Below, piece by piece: positions 9,401 through 21,411 of a DNA stretch of 64,000 nt. The notes under the pieces are model-generated. The model saw nothing but the letters and a program-made list of their open reading frames with translations, ran no database searches and was not told the origin of the DNA. The stretch is from Auanema rhodensis (lineage: Eukaryota > Animalia > Nematoda): positions 21,080,001 to 21,144,000 of the forward strand of contig OZ059896.1 of assembly GCA_964057225.1 (NCBI GenBank), written 5' to 3'. The number at the start of each line of letters is the position of its first letter. Position 1 is the first letter of the stretch. The translations under genes and the position numbers were made by a program.

Positions 9401-12400
9401 AAATTAATTCTTCAGGGTGAAAATCGAGGATATAAGTGTGAACTTATATCAGTTGATATCTCGGTGCATTTTTAAGCTAGCGCAAATCTGATAACACAGA
9501 TCGACGCAGCTTAAAAATCCGCATCGAATGCACTATACTACATTGAGAAACGCTTGATACAAAAATTAGTTGATATCGTTTGAAAAATGATGCATTAGTG
9601 TATGTTGAGTTTCCATGTACACTCAACATTGCTTCCAAAAACATTTTGACAAAAATTTTTTCGAAAAATTTCAAAATAATTTAGCAAAAAGTAGATGTTT
9701 TTAGATTCCATTTTTCAAGGCAAAGACGATGGACAATGTTATTCAACGAAAAAATTAATTCTTCAGGGTGAAAATCGAGGATATAAGTGTGAACTTATAT
9801 CAGTTGATATCTCGGTGCATTTTCAAGCTAGCGCAAATCTGATAACACAGATCGACGCAGCTTAAAAATCCGCATCGAATGCACTAAACTACATCAAGAA
9901 ACGCTTGATACAAAAATTAGTTATGATCGTTTGAAAAATGATGCATTAGTGTATGTTGAGTTTCCATGTACACTCAACATTGCTTCCAAAAACATTTTGA
10001 CAAAAATTTTTTCGAAAAATTTCAAAATAATTTAGCAAAAAGTAGATGTTTTTAGATTTCTTTTTTCAAGGCAAAGACGATGGACAATGTTATTCAACGA
10101 AAAAATTAATTCTTCAGGGTGAAAATCGAGGATATAAGTGTGAACTTATATCAGTTGATATCTCGGTGCTTTTTTAAGCTAGCGCAAATCTGATAACACA
10201 GATCGACGCAGCTTAAAAATCCGCATCGAATGCACTATACTACATTGAGAAACGCTTAATACACAAATTAGTTATGATCGTTTGAAAAATGATGCATTAG
10301 TGTATGTTGAGTTTCCATGTACACTCAACATTGCTTCCAAAAACATTTTGACAAAAATTTTTTCGAAAAATTTCAAAATAATTTAGCAAAAAGTAGATGT
10401 TTTTAGATTTTTTTTTTCAAGGCAAAGACGATGGACAATGTTATTCAACGAAAAAATTAATTCTTCAGGGTGAAAATCGAGGATATAAGTGTGAACTTAT
10501 ATCAGTTGATATCTCGGTGCATTTTTAAGCTAGCGCAAATCTGATAACACAGATCGACGCAGCTTAAAAATCTGCATCGAATGCACTATACTACATCAAG
10601 AAACGCTTGATACAAAAATTAGTTATGATCGTTTGAAAAATGATGCATTAGTGTATGTTGAGTTTCCATGTACACTCAACATTGCTTCCAAAAACAGTTT
10701 GACAAAAATTTTTTCGAAATATTTCAGAATAATTTAGCAAAAAGTAGATGTTTTTAGATTCCTTTTTTTAAGGCAAAGACGATGGACAATGTTATTCAAC
10801 GAAAAAATTAATTCTTCAGGGTGAAAATCGAGGATATAAGTGTGAACTTATATCAGTTGATATCTCGGTGCATTTTTAAGCTAGCGCAAATCTGATAACA
10901 CAGATCGACGCAGCTTAAAAATCCGCATCGAATGCACTATACTACATCAAGAAACGCTTGATACAAAAATTAGTTATGATCGTTTGAAAAATGATGCATT
11001 AGTGTATGTTGAGTTTCCATGTACACTCAACATTGCTTCCAAAAACATTTTGACAAAAATTTTTTCGAAAAATTTCAAAATAATTTAGCAAGAAGTAGAT
11101 GTTTTTAGATTTCTTTTTTCAAGGCAAAGACGATGGACAATGTTATTCAACGAAAAAATTAATTCTTCAGGGTGAAAATCGAGGATATAAGTGTGAACTT
11201 ATATCAGTTGATATCTCGGTGCATTTTTAAGCTAGCGCAAATCTGATAACACAGATCGACGCAGCTTAAAAATCCGCATCGAATGCACTATACTACATTG
11301 AGAAACGCTTGATACAAAAATTAGTTATGATCGTTTGAAAAATGATGCATTAGTGTATGTTGAGTTTCCATGTACACTCAACATTGCTTCCAAAAACATT
11401 TTGACAAAAATTTTTTCGAAAAATTTCAAAATAATTTAGCAAAAAGTAGATGTTTTTAGATTCCATTTTTCAAGGCAAAGACGATAGACAATGTTATTCA
11501 ACGAAAAAATCAATTCTTCAGGGTGAACATCGAGGATATAAGTGTGAACTTATATCAGTTGATATCTCGGTGCATTTTTAAGCTAGCGCAAATCTGATAA
11601 CACAGATCGACGCAGCTTAAAAATCCGCATCGAATGCATTATACTACATTGAGAAACGCTTAATACACAAATTAGTTATGATCGTTTGAAAAATGATGCA
11701 TTAGTGTATGTTGAGTTTCCATGTACACTCAACATTGCTTCCAAAAACATTTTGACAAAAATTTTTTCGAAAAATTTCAAAATAATTTAGCAAAAAGTAG
11801 ATGTTTTTAGATTTCTTTTTTCAAGGCAAAGACGATGGACAATGTTATTCAACGAAAAAATTAATTCTTCAGGGTGAAAATCGAGGATATAAGTGTGAAC
11901 TTATATCAGTTGATATCTCGGTGCATTTTTAAGCTAGCGCAAATCTGATAACACAGATCGACGCAGCTTAAAAATCCGCATCGAATGCACTATACTACAT
12001 TGAGAAACGCTTGATACAAAAATTAGTTATGATCGTTTGAAAAATGATGCATTAGTGTATGTCGAGTTTCCATGTACACTCAACATTGCTTCCAAAAACA
12101 TTTTGACAAAAATTTTTTCGAAAAATTTCAAAATAATTTAGCAAAAAGTATATGTTTTTAGATTCCATTTTTCAAGGCAAAGACGATAGACAATGTTATT
12201 CAACGAAAAAATTAATTCTTCAGGGTGAAAATCGAGGATATAAGTGTGAACTTATATCAGTTGATATCTCGGTGCATTTTTAAGCTAGCGCAAATCTGAT
12301 AACACAGATCGACGCAGCTTAAAAATCCGCATCGAATGCACTATACTACATTGAGAAACGCTTAATACACAAATTAGTTATGATCGTTTGAAAAATGATG

Positions 12401-15400
12401 CATTAGTGTATGTTGAGTTTCCATGTACACTCAACATTGCTTCCAAAAACATTTTGACAAAAATTTTTTCGAAAAATTTCAAAATAATTTAGCAAAAAGT
12501 AGATGTTTTTAGATTTCTTTTTTCAAGGCAAAGACGATAGACAATGTTATTCAACGAAAAAATTAATTCTTCAGGGTGAAAATCGAGGATATAAGTGTGA
12601 ACTTATATCAGTTGATATCTCGGTGCATTTTTAAGCTAGCGCAAATCTGATAACACAGATCGACGCAGCTTAAAAATCCGCATCGAATGCACTATACTAC
12701 ATTGAGAAACGCTTAATACACAAATTAGTTATGATCGTTTGAAAAATGATGCATTAGTGTATGTTGAGTTTCCATGTACACTCAACATTGCTTCCAAAAA
12801 CATTTTGACAAAAATTTTTTCGAAAAATTTCAAAATAATTTAGCAAAAAGTAGATGTTTTTAGATTTCTTTTTTCAAGGCAAAGACGATGGACAATGTTA
12901 TTCAACGAAAAAATTAATTCTTCAGGGTGAAAATCGAGGATATAAGTGTGAACTTATATCAGTTGATATCTCGGTGCATTTTTAAGCTAGCGCAAATCTG
13001 ATAACACAGATCGACGCAGCTTAAAAATCCGCATCGAATGCACTATACTACATCAAGAAACGCTTGATACAAAAATTAGTTATGATCGTTTGAAAAATGA
13101 TGCATTAGTGTATGTTGAGTTTCCATGTACACTCAACATTGCTTCCAAAAACATTTTGACAAAAATTTTTTCGAAAAATTTCAAAATAATTTAGCAAAAA
13201 GTAGATGTTTTTAGATTTCTTTTTTCAAGGCAAAGACGATGGACAATGTTATTCAACGAAAAAATTAATTCTTCAGGGTGAAAATCGAGGATATAAGTGT
13301 GAACTTATATCAGTTGATATCTCGGTGCATTTTTAAGCTAGCGCAAATCTGATAACACAGATCGACGCAGCTTAAAAATCCGCATCGAATGCACTATACT
13401 ACATTGAGAAACGCTTGATACAAAAATTAGTTATGATCGTTTGAAAAATGATGCATTAGTGTATGTTGAGTTTCCATGTACACTCAACATTGCTTCCAAA
13501 AACATTTTGACAAAAATTTTTTCGAAAAATTTCAAAATAATTTAGCAAAAAGTAGATGTTTTTAGATTCCATTTTTCAAGGCAAAGACGATAGACAATGT
13601 TATTCAACGAAAAAATCAATTCTTCAGGGTGAACATCGAGGATATAAGTGTGAACTTATATCAGTTGATATCTCGGTGCATTTTTAAGCTAGCGCAAATC
13701 TGATAACACAGATCGACGCAGCTTAAAAATCCGCATCGAATGCATTATACTACATTGAGAAACGCTTAATACACAAATTAGTTATGATCGTTTGAAAAAT
13801 GATGCATTAGTGTATGTTGAGTTTCCATGTACACTCAACATTGCTTCCAAAAACATTTTGACAAAAATTTTTTCGAAAAATTTCAAAATAATTTAGCAAA
13901 AAGTAGATGTTTTTAGATTTCTTTTTTCAAGGCAAAGACGATGGACAATGTTATTCAACGAAAAAATTAATTCTTCAGGGTGAAAATCGAGGATTTAAGT
14001 GTGAACTTATATCAGTTGATATCTCGGTGCATTTTTAAGCTAGCGCAAATCTGATAACACAGATCGACGCAGCTTAAAAATCCGCATCGAATGCACTATA
14101 CTACATTGAGAAACGCTTGATACAAAAATTAGTTATGATCGTTTGAAAAATGATGCATTAGTGTATGTCGAGTTTCCATGTACACTCAACATTGCTTCCA
14201 AAAACATTTTGACAAAAATTTTTTCGAAAAATTTCAAAATAATTTAGCAAAAAGTATATGTTTTTAGATTCCATTTTTCAAGGCAAAGACGATAGACAAT
14301 GTTATTCAACGAAAAAATTAATTCTTCAGGGTGAAAATCGAGGATATAAGTGTGAACTTATATCAGTTGATATCTCGGTGCATTTTTAAGCTAGCGCAAA
14401 TCTGATAACACAGATCGACGCAGCTTAAAAATCCGCATCGAATGCACTATACTACATTGAGAAACGCTTAATACACAAATTAGTTATGATCGTTTGAAAA
14501 ATGATGCATTAGTGTATGTTGAGTTTCCATGTACACTCAACATTGCTTCCAAAAACATTTTGACAAAAATTTTTTCGAAAAATTTCAAAATAATTTAGCA
14601 AAAAGTAGATGTTTTTAGATTTCTTTTTTCAAGGCAAAGACGATAGACAATGTTATTCAACGAAAAAATTAATTCTTCAGGGTGAAAATCGAGGATATAA
14701 GTGTGAACTTATATCAGTTGATATCTCGGTGCATTTTTAAGCTAGCGCAAATCTGATAACACAGATCGACGCAGCTTAAAAATCCGCATCGAATGCACTA
14801 TACTACATTGAGAAACGCTTAATACACAAATTAGTTATGATCGTTTGAAAAATGATGCATTAGTGTATGTTGAGTTTCCATGTACACTCAACATTGCTTC
14901 CAAAAACATTTTGACAAAAATTTTTTCGAAAAATTTCAAAATAATTTAGCAAAAAGTAGATGTTTTTAGATTTCTTTTTTCAAGGCAAAGACGATGGACA
15001 ATGTTATTCAACGAAAAAATTAATTCTTCAGGGTGAAAATCGAGGATATAAGTGTGAACTTATATCAGTTGATATCTCGGTGCATTTTTAAGCTAGCGCA
15101 AATCTGATAACACAGATCGACGCAGCTTAAAAATCCGCATCGAATGCACTATACTACATCAAGAAACGCTTGATACAAAAATTAGTTATGATCGTTTGAA
15201 AAATGATGCATTAGTGTATGTTGAGTTTCCATGTACACTCAACATTGCTTCCAAAAACATTTTGACAAAAATTTTTTCGAAAAATTTCAAAATAATTTAG
15301 CAAAAAGTAGATGTTTTTAGATTTCTTTTTTCAAGGCAAAGACGATGGACAATGTTATTCAACGAAAAAATTAATTCTTCAGGGTGAAAATCGAGGATAT

Positions 15401-17550
15401 AAGTGTGAACTTATATCAGTTGATATCTCGGTGCATTTTTAAGCTAGCGCAAATCTGATAACACAGATCGACGCAGCTTAAAAATCCGCATCGAATGCAC
15501 TATACTACATCAAGAAACGCTTGATACAAAAATTAGTTATGATCGTTTGAAAAATGATGCATTAGTGTATGTTGAGTTTCCATGTACACTCAACATTGCT
15601 TCCAAAAACATTTTGACAAAAATTTTTTCGAAAAATTTCAAAATAATTTAGCAAGAAGTAGATGTTTTTAGATTTCTTTTTTCAAGGCAAAGACGATGGA
15701 CAATGTTATTCAACGAAAAAATTAATTCTTCAGGGTGAAAATCGAGGATATAAGTGTGAACTTATATCAGTTGATATCTCGGTGCATTTTTAAGCTAGCG
15801 CAAATCTGACAACACAGATCGACGCAGCTTAAAAATCCGCATCGAATGCACTATACTACATTGAGAAACGCTTGATACAAAAATTAGTTATGATCGTTTG
15901 AAAAATGATGCATTAGTGTATGTTGAGTTTCCATGTACACTCAACATTGCTTCCAAAAACATTTTGACAAAAATTTTTTCGAAAAATTTCAAAATAATTT
16001 AGCAAAAAGTAGATGTTTTTAGATTCCATTTTTCAAGGCAAAGACGATAGACAATGTTATTCAACGAAAAAATCAATTCTTCAGGGTGAACATCGAGGAT
16101 ATAAGTGTGAACTTATATCAGTTGATATCTCGGTGCATTTTTAAGCTAGCGCAAATCTGATAACACAGATCGACGCAGCTTAAAAATCCGCATCGAATGC
16201 ATTATACTACATTGAGAAACGCTTAATACACAAATTAGTTATGATCGTTTGAAAAATGATGCATTAGTGTATGTTGAGTTTCCATGTACACTCAACATTG
16301 CTTCCAAAAACATTTTGACAAAAATTTTTTCGAAAAATTTCAAAATAATTTAGCAAAAAGTAGATGTTTTTAGATTTCTTTTTTCAAGGCAAAGACGATG
16401 GACAATGTTATTCAACGAAAAAATTAATTCTTCAGGGTGAAAATCGAGGATATAAGTGTGAACTTATATCAGTTGATATCTCGGTGCATTTTTAAGCTAG
16501 CGCAAATCTGATAACACAGATCGACGCAGCTTAAAAATCCGCATCGAATGCACTATACTACATTGAGAAACGCTTGATACAAAAATTAGTTATGATCGTT
16601 TGAAAAATGATGCATTAGTGTATGTTGAGTTTCCATGTACACTCAACATTGCTTCCAAAAACATTTTGACAAAAATTTTTTCGAAAAATTTCAAAATAAT
16701 TTAGCAAAAAGTATATGTTTTTAGATTCCATTTTTCAAGGCAAAGACGATAGACAATGTTATTCAACGAAAAAATTAATTCTTCAGGGTGAAAATCGAGG
16801 ATATAAGTGTGAACTTATATCAGTTGATATCTCGGTGCATTTTTAAGCTAGCGCAAATCTGATAACACAGATCGACGCAGCTTAAAAATCCGCATCGAAT
16901 GCACTATACTACATTGAGAAACGCTTAATACACAAATTAGTTATGATCGTTTGAAAAATGATGCATTAGTGTATGTTGAGTTTCCATGTACACTCAACAT
17001 TGCTTCCAAAAACATTTTGACAAAAATTTTTTCGAAAAATTTCAAAATAATTTAGCAAAAAGTAGATGTTTTTAGATTTCTTTTTTCAAGGCAAAGACGA
17101 TGGACAATGTTATTCAACGAAAAAATTAATTCTTCAGGGTGAAAATCGAGGATATAAGTGTGAACTTATATCAGTTGATATCTCGGTGCATTTTTAAGCT
17201 AGCGCAAATCTGATAACACAGATCGACGCAGCTTAAAAATCCGCATCGAATGCACTATACTACATCAAGAAACGCTTGATACAAAAATTAGTTATGATCG
17301 TTTGAAAAATGATGCATTAGTGTATGTTGAGTTTCCATGTACACTCAACATTGCTTCCAAAAACATTTTGACAAAAATTTTTTCGAAAAATTTCAAAATA
17401 ATTTAGCAAAAAGTAGATGTTTTTAGATTTCTTTTTTCAAGGCAAAGACGATGGACAATGTTATTCAACGAAAAAATTAATTCTTCAGGGTGAAAATCGA
17501 GGATATAAGTGTGAACTTATATCAGTTGATATCTCGGTGCATTTTTAAGC

Positions 17551-20500
17551 TAGCGCAAATCTGATAACACAGATCGACGCAGCTTAAAAATCCGCATCGA
17601 ATGCACTATACTACATTGAGAAACGCTTGATACAAAAATTAGTTATGATCGTTTGAAAAATGATGCATTAGTGTATGTTGAGTTTCCATGTACACTCAAC
17701 ATTGCTTCCAAAAACATTTTGACAAAAATTTTTTCGAAAAATTTCAAAATAATTTAGCAAAAAGTAGATGTTTTTAGATTCCTTTTTTTAAGGCAAAGAC
17801 GATAGACAATGTTATTCAACGAAAAAATTAATTCTTCAGGGTGAAAATCGAGGATATAAGTGTGAACTTATATCAGTTGATATCTCGGTGCATTTTCAAG
17901 CTAGCGCAAATCTGATAACACAGATCGACGCAGCTTAAAAATCCGCATCGAATGCACTATACTACATTGAGAAACGCTTGATACAAAAATTAGTTATGAT
18001 TGTTTGAAAAATGATGCATTAGTGTATGTTGAGTTTCCATGTACACTCAACATTGCTTCCAAAAACATTTTGACAAAAATTTTTTCGAAAAATTTCAAAA
18101 TAATTTAGCAAAAAGTAGATGTTTTTAGATTCCATTTTTCAAGGCAAAGACGATAGACAATGTTATTCAACGAAAAAATTAATTCTTCAGGGTGAAAATC
18201 GAGGATATAAGTGTGAACTTATATCAGTTGATATCTCGGTGCATTTTCAAGCTAGCGCAAATCTGATAACACAGATCGACGCAGCTTAAAAATCCGCATC
18301 GAATGCACTATACTACATTGAGAAACGCTTGATACAAAAATTAGTTATGATCGTTTGAAAAATGATGCATTAGTGTATGTTGAGTTTCCATGTACACTCA
18401 ACATTGCTTCCAAAAACATTTTGACAAAAATTTTTTCGAAAAATTTCAAAATAATTTAGCAAAAAGTAGATGTTTTTAGATTCCATTTTTCAAGGCAAAG
18501 ACGATAGACAATGTTATTCAACGAAAAAATTAATTCTTCAGGGTGAAAATCGAGGATATAAGTGTGAACTTATATCAGTTGATATCTCGGTGCATTTTCA
18601 AGCTAGCGCAAATCTGATAACACAGATCGACGCAGCTTAAAAATCCGCATCGAATGCACTATACTACATTGAGAAACGCTTGATACAAAAATTAGTTATG
18701 ATCGTTTGAAAAATGATGCATTAGTGTATGTTGAGTTTCCATGTACACTCAACATTGCTTCCAAAAACATTTTGACAAAAATTTTTTCGAAAAATTTCAA
18801 AATAATTTAGCAAAAAGTAGATGTTTTTAGATTCCATTTTTCAAGGCAAAGACGATAGACAATGTTATTCAACGAAAAAATTAATTCTTCAGTGTGAAAA
18901 TCGAGGATATAAGTGTGAACTTATATCAGTTGATATCTCGGTGCATTTTCAAGCTAGCGCAAATCTGATAACACAGATCGACGCAGCTTAAAAATCCGCA
19001 TCGAATGCACTATACTACATTGAGAAACGCTTGATACAAAAATTAGTTATGATCGTTTGAAAAATGATGCATTAGTGTATGTTGAGTTTCCATGTACACT
19101 CAACATTGCTTCCAAAAACATTTTGACAAAAATTTTTTCGAAAAATTTCAAAATAATTTAGCAAAAAGTAGATGTTTTTAGATTCCATTTTTCAAGGCAA
19201 AGACGATAGACAATGTTATTCAACGAAAAAATTAATTCTTCAGGGTGAAAATCGAGGATATAAGTGTGAACTTATATCAGTTGATATCTCGGTGCATTTT
19301 CAAGCTAGCGCAAATCTGATAACACAGATCGACGCAGCTTAAAAATCCGCATCGAATGCACTATACTACATTGAGAAACGCTTGATACAAAAATTAGTTA
19401 TGATCGTTTGAAAAATGATGCATTAGTGTATGTTGAGTTTCCATGTACACTCAACATTGCTTCCAAAAACATTTTGACAAAAATTTTTTCGAAAAATTTC
19501 AAAATAATTTAGCAAAAAGTAGATGTTTTTAGATTCCATTTTTCAAGGCAAAGACGATAGACAATGTTATTCAACGAAAAAATTAATTCTTCAGGGTGAA
19601 AATCGAGGATATAAGTGTGAACTTATATCAGTTGATATCTCGGTGCATTTTCAAGCTAGCGCAAATCTGATAACACAGATCGACGCAGCTTAAAAATCCG
19701 CATCGAATGCACTATACTACATTGAGAAACGCTTGATACAAAAATTAGTTATGATCGTTTGAAAAATGATGCATTAGTGTATGTTGAGTTTCCATGTACA
19801 CTCAACATTGCTTCCAAAAACATTTTGACAAAAATTTTTTCGAAAAATTTCAAAATAATTTAGCAAAAAGTAGATGTTTTTAGATTCCATTTTTCAAGGC
19901 AAAGACGATAGACAATGTTATTCAACGAAAAAATTAATTCTTCAGGGTGAAAATCGAGGATATAAGTGTGAACTTATATCAGTTGATATCTCGGTGCATT
20001 TTCAAGCTAGCGCAAATCTGATAACACAGATCGACGCAGCTTAAAAATCCGCATCGAATGCACTATACTACATTGAGAAACGCTTGATACAAAAATTAGT
20101 TATGATCGTTTGAAAAATGATGCATTAGTGTATGTTGAGTTTCCATGTACACTCAACATTGCTTCCAAAAACATTTTGACAAAAATTTTTTCGAAAAATT
20201 TCAAAATAATTTAGCAAAAAGTAGATGTTTTTAGATTCCATTTTTCAAGGCAAAGACGATAGACAATGTTATTCAACGAAAAAATTAATTCTTCAGGGTG
20301 AAAATCGAGGATATAAGTGTGAACTTATATCAGTTGATATCTCGGTGCATTTTCAAGCTAGCGCAAATCTGATAACACAGATCGACGCAGCTTAAAAATC
20401 CGCATCGAATGCACTATACTACATTGAGAAACGCTTGATACAAAAATTAGTTATGATCGTTTGAAAAATGATGCATTAGTGTATGTTGAGTTTCCATGTA

Positions 20501-21411
20501 CACTCAACATTGCTTCCAAAAACATTTTGACAAAAATTTTTTCGAAAAATTTCAAAAACATTTAGCAAAAAGTAGATGTTTTTAGATTCCATTTTTCAAG
20601 GCAAAGACGATAGACAATGTTATTCAACGAAAAAATCAATTCTTCAGGGTGAAAATCGAGGATATAAGTGTGAACTTATATCAGTTGATATCTCGGTGCA
20701 TTTTCAAGCTAGCGCAAATCTGATAACACAGATCGACGCAGCTTAAAAATCCGCATCGAATGCACTATACTACATTGAGAAACGCTTGATACAAAAATTA
20801 GTTATGATCGTTTGAAAAATGATGCATTAGTGTATGTTGAGTTTCCATGTACACTCAACATTGCTTCCAAAAACATTTTGACAAAAATTTTTTCGAAAAA
20901 TTTCAAAATAATTTAGCAAAAAGTAGATGTTTTTAGATTCCATTTTTCAAGGCAAAGACGATAGACAATGTTATTCAACGAAAAAATTAATTCTTCAGGG
21001 TGAAAATCGAGGATATAAGTGTGAACTTATATCAGTTGATATCTCGGTGCATTTTCAAGCTAGCGCAAATCTGATAACACAGATCGACGCAGCTTAAAAA
21101 TCCGCATCGAATGCACTATACTACATTGAGAAACGCTTGATACAAAAATTAGTTATGATCGTTTGAAAAATGATGCATTAGTGTATGTTGAGTTTCCATG
21201 TACACTCAACATTGCTTCCAAAAACATTTTGACAAAAATTTTTTCGAAAAATTTCAAAAACATTTAGCAAAAAGTAGATGTTTTTAAATTCCATTTTTCA
21301 AGGCAAAGACGATAGACAATGTTATTCAACGAAAAAATCAATTCTTCAGGGTGAAAATCGAGGATATAAGTGTGAACTTATATCAGTTGATATCTCGGTG
21401 CATTTTCAAGC
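17551..21411. repeat. Sub-domain II (monomers 51-61): near-identical monomeric run
   Basis: Monomers at 18253-20358 and 20710-21060 all carry attgag/cttgat/ttccat/gatag/ttttcaag, with only one private change seen (cagtgtg near 18893). Confidence 0.85.

Larger units (their letters stand above)
1..17550. repeat. Sub-domain I (monomers 1-50): 'gatttcttttttcaagg' and 'cttaatacacaaa' alleles, with a 7-mer higher-order repeat
   Basis: The aatacac (offset 85 c), caagaag (offset 211 g) and tttcttttttc alleles are seen only here. The ggacg allele is absent. Confidence 0.85.

Noticed and set aside
7371-9674. Three identical 65-aa minus-strand ORFs (7371-7568, 8775-8972, 9477-9674)
   Set aside because: They are satellite monomers in which the atg>gat variant removes a stop. 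They use a TTG start, have a low-complexity F/K/S-rich translation with no recognisable domain, and are closed in the other ~179 copies.
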